Below are positions 55,264 to 64,000 of a stretch of DNA of 64,000 nt, in pieces. The stretch comes from Candidatus Levybacteria bacterium CG2_30_37_29. Lineage in GTDB: Bacteria; Patescibacteriota; Microgenomatia; Levybacterales; GWA1-39-11. The stretch covers positions 67,654 through 131,653 of the forward strand of contig MNYS01000009.1 in NCBI GenBank assembly GCA_001873215.1, given 5' to 3'. The notes beneath the pieces are model-generated. The model ran no database searches. It saw nothing but the letters and a program-made list of their open reading frames with translations, and was not told the DNA's origin. Position 1 is the stretch's first letter; the number at the start of each line of letters is the position of its first letter. Both the position numbers and the translations under genes were made by a program.

Positions 55264-57333
55264 GTGAATTTTAATAATAGTGTAAAAAATTTTCTACTAT
55301 CTTCTTCCAAAAAAAGGCTTGCAAGTATTTTTTTGGGACTTGTTTTGGTTCTTTCAATTCCAATCACTATTTTACTTCTTGGACAGCAACAGGATTTAAG
55401 GCAACGAGCAAGTTCAGGTGAAGGGGGTTTGGATAATAAGAATATTCCAAAAGCAACCGGTTGGAAGACATATTCAGATTTATATCAAGCCAAACAAATA
55501 AAACACTTCACGGATATTTTGGAGTTAAGTATAAATTACGACGATAAATTGACTCCACCGCTTTCTGTCGAAAAGATAATAAAAAAGAATGGTTATATAC
55601 CTACTACTTCTTTAGAAGATAAGGATTATAGTCTAGAGATAATTGATAAGAATAAAAATATTTTATATAAACTTCCTTTTTCGGTGCAAAAAGAAATACC
55701 GGCGGGTGAGCCTCTTCCAGGGCAAGAACATAATAATGCAGTACCGGTTTTATTTCATTCTGTAAAATTTATTATTGTCGTGCCATGGATAGATAAAGCT
55801 ACAGAAATAAAAATTACTGATTCTGCCGGAGCAGTAATTTTAGTAAATACTTTAAAAAACATAGAATCAGTCAATAATCAACCATCTTTTCATTCTTTGG
55901 ATTCGAATGAAAAAATACAAACTAATAAAAATAATCTCTTGAATTATTTCTACTTAGTAACACAGACTTCTTTTGCTCAGACACAAACAAAAAAATTAGA
56001 CATTGTATTTATCGGTGATAAATACGCCGATCTTTCAATTTTTCACTCTGATGTGAACCGTCTTTCAGCAAATCTTCTAACGTTTGAACCATATAAAAGT
56101 CGTTCTTCCAATGTGCAGTTTTCATATGTAGACAATACGACTGATTTGGGGTGTGCGTTTCAAAATAATGATCCGGCAACAAGATTAATTTTATGTGATA
56201 CAAGTAAAGCTACACAAATAGTAAATAACGCGGTAGTACCGTGGGATAAGATTTTTATCATTGTTAATACTCCCGTTTATGGAGGAAGCGGAGGAGATAT
56301 AGGTGTAGGATTTAATGGAGCAGGTGGAGATTATTATTCTTATGCCCCCAATCTTTTTGTGCATGAATTCGCACATTCATTCGCAATTCTTGCTGACGAG
56401 TATGTTAACAATTACAATTTTTCTGATCAAACAAATTGTTATTCCGGTATTCCTCCAAATCCCAATTGGCAAGGAGTTGTCGATGCCTCAAGCTACTTTA
56501 TAGGATGTGACATGTCCACCTGGTATAGATCAAGCGAGACAAGCATTATGAAAGATATCGGTATTTCTTATTTCAATCCCATTTCTCAAAAATATATCAA
56601 CGAAAAGATTGATTTTTATACGACGATTCCGCCTACTCCAACACCTACAAATACCCCTACGCCCACGAATACGCCTACATCTACTCCTCCTGCTACAACA
56701 GCTACGCCGACCGTTACCAGTACTCCAACACCGAGTTCTACGCCTGTGCCAACGGGTCAAACAACCCCGACTACTACACCTGTTCCATCTTCTACTGCTA
56801 CGCCCACTGTAAAACCTATAGAAACCGGAATTAAATTCACCGTCAGCCTTCCTGGAATTGTAGGTACGGGCAATGGAGGAAATCCTAATCCTGTTCATGC
56901 TTTCAGAAGTGCTGAAGTAAAAGTATTTAATGACCAAAATAATGAAGTAAAAACAGCAACAGGAATTTTAGATTTTGATTCCACAACATTTACTTTCAAG
57001 GGTGCAATTCTTATCGAGGGTCTTATAGCCGATTCATATATTGTAAAAATACGGGTTGAGAATTCATTGTGGAAAAGAATTCCGGGAATTGTAAATATTA
57101 CAAGCGGTGTTGTTGCCAATACTCCTGCTGTAGAATTGGTAACAGGAGATATTCCTGATCGCGATAATGAGCTCAATTTGGCAGACTACAATATCATCAT
57201 TGACTGTATTAACAGCCGTGGCAACTGCAATGAGAGCTTAAAGCGCTATGCTGATCTAAATGATGATGGAAAAGTTGACGAAGTTGATCTAAGCATTCTT
57301 TATGCAGGATTTTCGAATAGAAAAGGAGACTAG
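55264..57333 (+). CDS. Surface protein: TM + M64-like metallopeptidase + Pro/Thr linker + beta-sandwich + dockerin-like domain
   Basis: DIVFIGD, YGGSG, HEFAHSFAILADEY zinc motif, SIMK; DLNDDGKVDEVD. Confidence 0.83.
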   Translation: MNFNNSVKNFLLSSSKKRLASIFLGLVLVLSIPITILLLGQQQDLRQRASSGEGGLDNKNIPKATGWKTYSDLYQAKQIKHFTDILELSINYDDKLTPPLSVEKIIKKNGYIPTTSLEDKDYSLEIIDKNKNILYKLPFSVQKEIPAGEPLPGQEHNNAVPVLFHSVKFIIVVPWIDKATEIKITDSAGAVILVNTLKNIESVNNQPSFHSLDSNEKIQTNKNNLLNYFYLVTQTSFAQTQTKKLDIVFIGDKYADLSIFHSDVNRLSANLLTFEPYKSRSSNVQFSYVDNTTDLGCAFQNNDPATRLILCDTSKATQIVNNAVVPWDKIFIIVNTPVYGGSGGDIGVGFNGAGGDYYSYAPNLFVHEFAHSFAILADEYVNNYNFSDQTNCYSGIPPNPNWQGVVDASSYFIGCDMSTWYRSSETSIMKDIGISYFNPISQKYINEKIDFYTTIPPTPTPTNTPTPTNTPTSTPPATTATPTVTSTPTPSSTPVPTGQTTPTTTPVPSSTATPTVKPIETGIKFTVSLPGIVGTGNGGNPNPVHAFRSAEVKVFNDQNNEVKTATGILDFDSTTFTFKGAILIEGLIADSYIVKIRVENSLWKRIPGIVNITSGVVANTPAVELVTGDIPDRDNELNLADYNIIIDCINSRGNCNESLKRYADLNDDGKVDEVDLSILYAGFSNRKGD

Positions 57334-57450
57334 CACTCGCTGTTTAAGAGGGATTCACTCTTTAATTATTGAGATATTTATTTGCCGGTCTATCGCATAA
57401 TTGGAGCGTGAAAATCTCTTTTCTTTAAGAATGCTTGGCCAGTTTTATTT

Positions 57451-59076
57451 TTATTCTGCGAAAACAATTGCTTCGCTTGCGTCAAAGTACCTGATTGTAT
57501 GAACTACTTTTCTGATTGGAGAGATTTTAGATTCATAAGGTCCAAGAATATACAGCGCATTTTTATTTTGCTTTTTTTTTGACCAGTCTATTTTTCCAAA
57601 CTCGAATTTATCAAATGCTTGTTTGTCTGAATTTTTTGTCCCACCAGCCGCAAGGTAAAGCTTTGGATCGTATCGTAGGTAAAAAAGAAAGAAGATATAT
57701 GGTTGTTCGAGTTGGTTTGAAACATAAACATTCTTATATTTTGATTTATTTTGCTCTACAAAATTTACGGCGTGTTCGTAACCAAACTGCCAGAATCGAG
57801 AAGATTCAAGATTCATATGGGTAAAATAAAGCTGATAGTATTGAATGAAAGAAAATATTACAACTGCAAGAAAAATTGTTATTACAACGACTTGTTTTAC
57901 CATGGAAAATCTTCTCAGAAAAACATAGGCTGTTTCTATTCCCAACGCAACCGCTATTTGTAATGATGGCAACCATATAAGAGTTCTTACTGCGTGGGGC
58001 ACTTCCGAGGTAAATGCTGCGGGAATAGGAGCAAGTAAAAACCAGAGGAAAAAAACTTGTCTTGCTTTTTTGCTTGAGAAGAAAATAGAAATAATACCAA
58101 GCAGCATAAATGATAATTCCCATATGTACAACAGTCCGGTTGAAGGGGCATGATGACGATCGTTATCTCCAGTTATAAACATCCATCTCAGAGAAAAGTG
58201 AGATAGGTATCCATGCGCTATTTCAATAAGCCCCGCTGGAATTGGGGAAGCAAAAAGAGAGTATTGCACGGAAGATTTTTTTATAATGCTTTCTTTTTGT
58301 GATTTTTCTTGTTGAATATTAAAAATATTGGTTGCAGAATATCGTGCCGTAATTTTTTGGCTTTGGCCCTGTGTAAAAAGGGCTAAAAATGGTATTAGAA
58401 AGAACATGCCAACAATAATTGAAATTAGAAGATATTTTTTCTGCTTAAACAAATTTTTATAAAAAACAATGCTTAATCCCAAAAGAAATAATGGTACAAA
58501 TAAACGGGGGCTATGGTATGCATTTATAGATAATCCATAAAATATAGCCGAGGCACTAAGAAAAATTGGCTTTCTTAGACCGAGCAAAAAGAAATAGAGA
58601 CCCCAAATGCAAAGAGTTAACGCAATATTTGCTTCGAATGCTACGCGGGAAAATTGAATATGCCACGGAGAAATTGCAAAAAGCCCTGTTGCCAACAAAC
58701 TTATATAGTTAATTCTCTTGGAAGTACTATTCTGTAAATTAAGCAATTGCCGGGTTAAAAAAAATGTTCCCATGACTGCCATTATTCCCATTAGGGCTGA
58801 GGGAAGACGCACCGAAAAAGCATTCAAGTCAAATATATAGATTGCTGGAATTGCAAGATATGCATACAGTGCGGGTTTATAATCGTCAAAAGACGTAAGT
58901 ATTACTGGTAAAAAATTTCCGTACTCATCCCGTTCTGTAAGTAATATAGAATATGCATTATACCCCAGTGCAGCTTCGTCCCAGTCGGGACTTATCGGCA
59001 CCCCGCCCAAATGATATAGACGAAGAAATGAGGCAATACCAACAATAATTACTAAAAGAAATATTATTCGTTTCAT
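57451..59076 (-). CDS. GT-C membrane glycosyltransferase (ArnT/PMT-like)
   Basis: PDWDEAALGYNAYSIL...DEYG, DYKP, VRLPSA, SPWHIQFSR. Confidence 0.88.
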   Translation of the reverse strand: MKRIIFLLVIIVGIASFLRLYHLGGVPISPDWDEAALGYNAYSILLTERDEYGNFLPVILTSFDDYKPALYAYLAIPAIYIFDLNAFSVRLPSALMGIMAVMGTFFLTRQLLNLQNSTSKRINYISLLATGLFAISPWHIQFSRVAFEANIALTLCIWGLYFFLLGLRKPIFLSASAIFYGLSINAYHSPRLFVPLFLLGLSIVFYKNLFKQKKYLLISIIVGMFFLIPFLALFTQGQSQKITARYSATNIFNIQQEKSQKESIIKKSSVQYSLFASPIPAGLIEIAHGYLSHFSLRWMFITGDNDRHHAPSTGLLYIWELSFMLLGIISIFFSSKKARQVFFLWFLLAPIPAAFTSEVPHAVRTLIWLPSLQIAVALGIETAYVFLRRFSMVKQVVVITIFLAVVIFSFIQYYQLYFTHMNLESSRFWQFGYEHAVNFVEQNKSKYKNVYVSNQLEQPYIFFLFYLRYDPKLYLAAGGTKNSDKQAFDKFEFGKIDWSKKKQNKNALYILGPYESKISPIRKVVHTIRYFDASEAIVFAE

Positions 59077-60698
59077 TCTTTAGGTGTCAGAAAAACGCTT
59101 ATTTGGAAATTTTTGTCAGGTGCGCTACTTAAAAATGCGGCAAGGAAATATTTAGGAACTGTTATAAGAGGTTGAATATAGACAGTTGAAAGTTTGTATT
59201 TTTTTGGAGGCTCATTTAAAAAAACATAACTGTCAAAAGTAGTTGTGTTGTTTTGGTCAATATACTTTTTAGCAAGATTTTCTCTTTTTGTGAGAAATAT
59301 CCAGTAAAGAGAAATGTCTTGGCCGTACGTTGCGTCTGTTACGATAATTTTTTGTTGCGGCTCCAATTTTTTATCAACAAACTCAAAAGCTTTTTGATAA
59401 TCGGTGTAATAATCTGGCACTGTGATCCCAGGATTAGTAAAAAAGAAGTAATTGAAACGCCCCATAAAATAAGCGGATACAATAATAACTCCTATTAAAA
59501 ATGCTTGTCTAAATCTATAGGGGAATCCTTCCCAGGCATAAAAAAATCCATAAGTTTCAATTGTTACAACTGGTACTAGTATCAATACTATGCGTATAGC
59601 ATCGGGTTGGCTATTTTGAATAGATTGAGGCACCACTATTGATGCGATAAAGATTATTAATAGACCTAAAATCTTTCTATTATTTTTAAATAAAAAAATA
59701 CTGCCTGCAATAAGAAATATCAATTCAAGCGGATTAAGGAGCCCAGCGTATTGAGAAATGTATCCAGTATTATAGCCCCATCTGATAAAAATGCTTTCAG
59801 GCTCAAGATAGTTGGTGATATTTTTAAGATAAAGTTTTGCATCTTCGATGGACGAATCGTTGAGTACTTTGGACTGTAGTGTATTACCGGCTTTTTCTAT
59901 CCTGTTACTTGCTTTTTGTATATTAAATGTGAAATTTTCAGAATTTACGCGATCGATTTGGATTTGATAAGTGTAAACGTGTGGAAGAATTGGAATGAGA
60001 AGAAAAGTTGATAAAAGCAGCGATGTTGTTAAACGTAAAGCGGAGTGTTTTAAGCGAGTAAAAAAAATAATTAATATGCAAATAACAACTGCTGTTGATG
60101 GAATGAAGAAAAGATAATCAGAGTAGATTGCCACTACAAATGGTAAGGGCCAGAAAAATACCAACCTTTTGTATTTTGTAATTTTTAGACTGATAAATAA
60201 CCCTAACAAAAAAAAGAAGAGTCCCAAATTTACACCTGTATCTATTCTTGATACCTGAATATACCAAGGAGAAAAAGCAAAAAAGAGTGTAGAGACAAGT
60301 GGAAAAAGATATCTTTTTTTTGAAGGTTTGGTATTTTTGTAGATTAGAGTATAAGCTTGCCTTACAACGAAATAAAACAATATGATCATTGCGGTTCCTG
60401 CAAGAACAGACGGAAACCTAACTCCAAAAGGAGTAAGACCAAATACTTTTATGAAGGGGGTGGTAAATAGTATTGACAGGGGGGCAATTAAGTGGGTATC
60501 TATAAAACCAAAGCTATGGGAAAAAAGTGAAAAAGTTTCATTTATTTTTGAGTCGTTAAGAACTTGTGATGCAAGTCCGATTTTTAACTCTTTTTGCAAC
60601 AATACTGGGGGTATTTGCGAAAGACTGGCGAGACGAAACCACAACGAAGAGAGGAGAACTAAAAGAAGTATCACAACACGCATTGTGGTAAAAAGCAT
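59073..60698 (-). CDS. GT-C membrane glycosyltransferase paralog (acidic motif degenerate)
   Basis: VRFPSV and SPWYIQVSR present; the WDE motif is replaced by LQKE. Confidence 0.78.
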   Translation of the reverse strand: MLFTTMRVVILLLVLLSSLWFRLASLSQIPPVLLQKELKIGLASQVLNDSKINETFSLFSHSFGFIDTHLIAPLSILFTTPFIKVFGLTPFGVRFPSVLAGTAMIILFYFVVRQAYTLIYKNTKPSKKRYLFPLVSTLFFAFSPWYIQVSRIDTGVNLGLFFFLLGLFISLKITKYKRLVFFWPLPFVVAIYSDYLFFIPSTAVVICILIIFFTRLKHSALRLTTSLLLSTFLLIPILPHVYTYQIQIDRVNSENFTFNIQKASNRIEKAGNTLQSKVLNDSSIEDAKLYLKNITNYLEPESIFIRWGYNTGYISQYAGLLNPLELIFLIAGSIFLFKNNRKILGLLIIFIASIVVPQSIQNSQPDAIRIVLILVPVVTIETYGFFYAWEGFPYRFRQAFLIGVIIVSAYFMGRFNYFFFTNPGITVPDYYTDYQKAFEFVDKKLEPQQKIIVTDATYGQDISLYWIFLTKRENLAKKYIDQNNTTTFDSYVFLNEPPKKYKLSTVYIQPLITVPKYFLAAFLSSAPDKNFQISVFLTPKE

Positions 60699-60861
60699 AT
60701 TATAAATGGATTATAACATGTCACTAAGTAAGAACATGGAAAGTTTTTAGATCTTCTTTTGGATTCAAAATAACGCAAAAATTCTTAACACCATTAATAC
60801 TACGGATGGGTCTCCAGCTTTTAATGTCGTACAGCTTCAAAAAACTGAGTGAGCATGTTTA

Positions 60862-61194
60862 TTAGAAAAAAAGGTCCCACCATTTTTTCCAATTAGGACG
60901 CAAATCTTGTTTTATCACATGATTTGTAGTAGCAGGTTGTGAGGCAAAAATAATATGTTCTCCTGTTCTTACGAGTCCAAGCTTTCTGCGGGCTTGAGCC
61001 TCAATAAATTCATTTGTTTGGGCGTATTTAAGCTGTTCTTCAAGAAATATTTTTCTTTTTTGCTGTTCTTTTAATTGTGAGGTTAATTGTCCTGTAACGC
61101 TTTCTGTTGTTAGCTTTTTATATATTGAAAAAGTCAAGTTTTTTACAAAAATTAAAAGTATAAAAATTATAAGAATTAGTACCAGTTTTTTCAT
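60862..61194 (-). CDS. Septum formation initiator (FtsB/DivIC family)
   Basis: TM + coiled coil + FIEAQARRKLGLVRTGE. Confidence 0.82.
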   Translation of the reverse strand: MKKLVLILIIFILLIFVKNLTFSIYKKLTTESVTGQLTSQLKEQQKRKIFLEEQLKYAQTNEFIEAQARRKLGLVRTGEHIIFASQPATTNHVIKQDLRPNWKKWWDLFF

Positions 61195-61241
61195 TAGTTG
61201 TTGACAAACCGCATCCAGCTTGATATTATAGGACGACAATT

Positions 61242-62108
61242 ATGCCAGACACATTACCCATTAAGGATGCCCACTTAAAATTTCAAGACTTTTTGAAATC
61301 AAAAAACAAAGCATCCGCTACAATTTTAGCATACGGAAAAGATATAAGCCAATTAATAACTTTTCTTGAGGAGCTTGAAAAAAAGCACGTCAGCGAAGTG
61401 ACAAGCGGAGATATACAGGCATTTATGGCTCAATTAAGCACAAAAGGGTATACTCCTAAATCTATTTCCAGAAAGCTTAATTCAACGCGTACTTTCTATC
61501 GTTATTTAAAGGTAAACGAGTATATTACTGATGACCCGTCGCTTGTTGTTCAGCACCCGAAGTATGAGCTTAATCCTCCGCGTATTCTTTCACCTCTTGA
61601 ATATAGAGCTCTTCGTGATTCAGCTTCGTCTGACCCGCGAATTTACGCTGTAATTGAAGTTTTGCTTCAAACAGGAATTAGAATCGGTGAGCTTGCAAAT
61701 TTAAGAATGGAAGAGGTAAAGGATAATTCTCTTTTTATTCGTGTTTATGAAGGACACGCAGCTCGGGAAGTGCCATTAAATAAAAGAGCAAAAGACGCGC
61801 TTAAGCGCTATTTTGATTCGCGTCCAAAAACAGAAAATGATCATGTATTTATTACAAAAACTGGAAAGCCTTTTCTTGTAAGAAACATAAGAGACGCAAT
61901 TGAACGTTACTTTAAAAAAGCAGGTGTTGAAAATGCAAAAATAAATGATCTCCGTCATACTTTTGTTGCCCATCATCTAAGGCAAGGAGTTTCAATTGTT
62001 TTTCTCTCAAAGATTCTGGGACACAAACGTCTTTCTTCAACAGAGCGATATCTACAGTACGTAAAAGACACCAAAAACGGCGAAAGCACAACTCTTCTGG
62101 AACTCTAA
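61242..62108 (+). CDS. Tyrosine recombinase, XerC/XerD-like
   Basis: SATILAY..D, TGIRIGEL, DLRHTF, LGH, TERY. Confidence 0.9.
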   Translation: MPDTLPIKDAHLKFQDFLKSKNKASATILAYGKDISQLITFLEELEKKHVSEVTSGDIQAFMAQLSTKGYTPKSISRKLNSTRTFYRYLKVNEYITDDPSLVVQHPKYELNPPRILSPLEYRALRDSASSDPRIYAVIEVLLQTGIRIGELANLRMEEVKDNSLFIRVYEGHAAREVPLNKRAKDALKRYFDSRPKTENDHVFITKTGKPFLVRNIRDAIERYFKKAGVENAKINDLRHTFVAHHLRQGVSIVFLSKILGHKRLSSTERYLQYVKDTKNGESTTLLEL

Positions 62109-62171
62109 ATATTCCCCTTGAAAAAAGGTATCCTTGATTTGTATGGTTATTCTGTGGCATGATAAAAATGT

Positions 62172-62705
62172 ATGGAAAAAGATGCGCAGAATTCCAACGT
62201 GGAAAACCAAACAAGAGACGTAAGAACTCTTCTTTCTTGGAGCGCTCCGGGAAGACCATATCGCGCGCGGGGAAAACAATTTTACCTTTCAATCCTTCTT
62301 ATTGTGCTTTTTGTTGAAGCAATACTTTTCCTTTTTTCAGAATACCAGCTTATGGTAGTTGTTTTGGCTCTTGCATTTCTTTCTGTAGTTTTATCTTCTG
62401 TCCCTCCAAAAAATTTCCACTATAAAATCACAACAGAAGGTGTAAAAGTGGAAGATTATTTTTATATTTGGTCAGAGCTTTATGATTTCTTTTTCAAAAG
62501 AATAGAGGGTACGGATGTTTTGATAATAAGAACAGAAGCATTTCTTCCTGGAGAATTAAAACTTTCACTCGGGGTTTTGACTCGCGACCACGTGCGCCAG
62601 ACTGTTGTAAATTATTTACCATATAGAGAATTTGTAAAACCGACTTTTATGGAAAATGCTGCTGATTGGCTTTCAAGAAATTTTCCTCTTGAAAATCTGC
62701 ATTAA
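62172..62705 (+). CDS. Hypothetical membrane protein (2 TM)
   Basis: LSWSAP, two TM helices, YKITTEGV..Y.W. Confidence 0.72.
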   Translation: MEKDAQNSNVENQTRDVRTLLSWSAPGRPYRARGKQFYLSILLIVLFVEAILFLFSEYQLMVVVLALAFLSVVLSSVPPKNFHYKITTEGVKVEDYFYIWSELYDFFFKRIEGTDVLIIRTEAFLPGELKLSLGVLTRDHVRQTVVNYLPYREFVKPTFMENAADWLSRNFPLENLH

Positions 62706-62765
62706 ATTTGCTTAAGGCCCCTAAATCCTCTAAAATACGACTAGTTCGAAGAAAGTTCAAGTCTT

Positions 62766-62837
62766 GCTCTCGTAGTTCAACGGATAGAATGGGGGATTGC
62801 GGATCCCCTGATGCGGGTTCGATTCCCACCGGGAGCG
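62766..62837 (+). tRNA. tRNA-Arg(GCG)
   Basis: GCTCTCG/CGGGAGC acceptor, GGGGA-TT-GCG-GA-TCCCC, GGTTCGATTCC. Confidence 0.92.
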
Positions 62838-62913
62838 CAGCGTAAGAAATCAAAGATTTCAACGCTGCTGGAACGTAAAAATTTCAGAGGAAATTTTGTA
62901 CGTTCTGCCCATT

Positions 62914-63162
62914 ATGTATTACGTATACATATTAAAAAGCGAAAAAGATAAAAGTTTATATACTGGTTATACAAAGGACTTAAAGAAAAGATACAAGGAG
63001 CATAATAACGGTTTGTCAAAAGCAACAAAATCAAGACGTCCATATCAATTAATATTTTATGAAGCATTTGTAAACATGAAAGATGCGAAGAAACGCGAAG
63101 AGTATTTAAAAAGCGGGTGGGGTTTAAGAAGTATTAAAAAGATGCTTGTTAATACCTTGTGA
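62914..63162 (+). CDS. GIY-YIG nuclease-family protein
   Basis: YYVYILKS...LYTGYT.DL.KR..EHN; REEYLKSG. Confidence 0.9.
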   Translation: MYYVYILKSEKDKSLYTGYTKDLKKRYKEHNNGLSKATKSRRPYQLIFYEAFVNMKDAKKREEYLKSGWGLRSIKKMLVNTL

Positions 63163-63167
63163 AATGT

Positions 63168-63252
63168 GGAGGGTTAGCCAAGTGGTTTACGGCGCAAGTT
63201 TCGAAAACTTGTTCCCTTTTGGGAAACACAGGTTCGAATCCTGTACCCTCCG
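63168..63252 (+). tRNA. tRNA-Ser(CGA)
   Basis: GGAGGGT/ACCCTCC, CAAGT-TT-CGA-AA-ACTTG, long variable arm, GGTTCGAATCC. Confidence 0.95.
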
Positions 63253-63257
63253 CAGAT

Positions 63258-63329
63258 GCCCTTGTAGTTCAATGGATAGAATGGGGGATTCCGGATCCCT
63301 TGATGTGGGTTCGATTCCCACCAAGGGCG
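63258..63329 (+). tRNA. tRNA-Arg(CCG)
   Basis: GCCCTTG/CAAGGGC, GGGGA-TT-CCG-GA-TCCCT, GGTTCGATTCC. Confidence 0.94.
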
Positions 63330-63369
63330 CAGTATTGACACAGAGAATAAATCAACATAAAATGCTCCA

Positions 63370-63645
63370 ATGAAAATAGAATGCGGAGTAAGACATAGTC
63401 AAGCTGAAATAACAGACGACGGAGTGATGCCTGAAAGACTAATATACAAAAATTTCGGAGAAGATGTTTCAATAGGTCAAGTTTTTTCTACGGCAGAAGT
63501 TGTAATAGACTGCTCTAAGTGTCCTTTCTCAGAGACACTGAAAGCAACAGTTATCGGTATAAGCCCTGCTTTTCAAGCAATTAAAGCTGTTGAAAGTGAA
63601 GCAGAGCAAAAAGTTGAGACAATAAAAAAAGATTGCATGCTATGA
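63370..63645 (+). CDS. Hypothetical protein (CxxC)
   Basis: 91-aa ORF overlapping the next start (ATGA). Confidence 0.55.
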   Translation: MKIECGVRHSQAEITDDGVMPERLIYKNFGEDVSIGQVFSTAEVVIDCSKCPFSETLKATVIGISPAFQAIKAVESEAEQKVETIKKDCML

Positions 63646-64000
63646 AATTTGAATTTTCAGCAGGTGGAGTTGTTTACAGTAAGGATAATGGTGGCCTAAA
63701 AATTCTTGTCTGCCAACATTCTATGCATCATGGATGGGTTTTCCCGAAAGGAATAATTGGAGACAATGTAAAAGATGAGAAAAAAGAAGCAACAGCAGTA
63801 CGTGAAGTAGAAGAAGAAACAGGCGCAAAAGGAGAGATTGTGGTAGAGCTTGCACCGGTTATCTACTGGTATCAATTCAAAAACGAAAAAATAAAAAAGA
63901 CCGTTTATTATTTTGTTATGAAATATGCGGGAGGAGACATAACAAAGCACGACCATGAGATGGAAGCAGTAGAGTGGCTTCCAACAGATAAAGTCCTTGA
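63642..64000 (+). CDS. NUDIX hydrolase (runs off the window end)
   Basis: Manual translation MKFEFSAGGVVY...WVFPKG...ATAVREVEEETG (Nudix box). Confidence 0.9.
   Translation, partial: MKFEFSAGGVVYSKDNGGLKILVCQHSMHHGWVFPKGIIGDNVKDEKKEATAVREVEEETGAKGEIVVELAPVIYWYQFKNEKIKKTVYYFVMKYAGGDITKHDHEMEAVEWLPTDKVL

Noticed and set aside
54535-56810. Repetitive ACN/CCN-rich DNA
   Set aside because: Explained by Pro/Thr linkers with varied codons
61242-62108. Tyrosine recombinase near tRNAs as a prophage or island integrase
   Set aside because: XerC/D size and architecture, no arm-binding domain, housekeeping neighbours, and no att duplication or phage genes seen
438-63956. Numerous 60-135 aa ORFs overlapping longer genes
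   Set aside because: Antisense or out-of-frame shadows of well-supported genes with no recognisable motifs

Overview
Core-genome segment around the replication origin of a low-GC, genome-reduced bacterium. Gene content and style point to Patescibacteria/CPR, probably Microgenomates (inference). It contains oriC between dnaA and dnaN (DnaA boxes and DnaA-trios), dnaG-rpoD, comM, a pfkB-DUF2090-rpiB-rpe cluster, pgk, cmk-gap, rpmH-rnpA-yidC-jag (30 kb from dnaA), two class A PBPs, valS, rplY, an XerC/D-like recombinase, many glycosyltransferases, tandem GH130 genes and two dockerin-tipped surface proteins. RNA elements are a SAM-I/IV-type riboswitch before metK, tRNA-Asn, tRNA-Arg(GCG), tRNA-Ser(CGA), tRNA-Arg(CCG), and a CAU-anticodon tRNA split by a 188-nt group I intron. 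That tRNA lies head-to-head with a free-standing HTH+LAGLIDADG-like gene. Most notable: (i) integrase-less micro-cassettes (fic; DUF433-DUF5615 plus an unknown structured RNA; GIY-YIG) bounded by 20-47 bp direct repeats, two of which rebuild the 3' or 5' end of a host gene; (ii) the intron/endonuclease pair; (iii) a promoter-driven three-way-junction pseudoknot RNA; (iv) an unannotated 40-aa very basic protein; (v) pervasive leaderless gene starts; (vi) short palindromes and heptamer arrays tolerated inside core genes; (vii) a ~100-bp IS200/IS605-type miniature element. All calls were made by eye, with no database searches.
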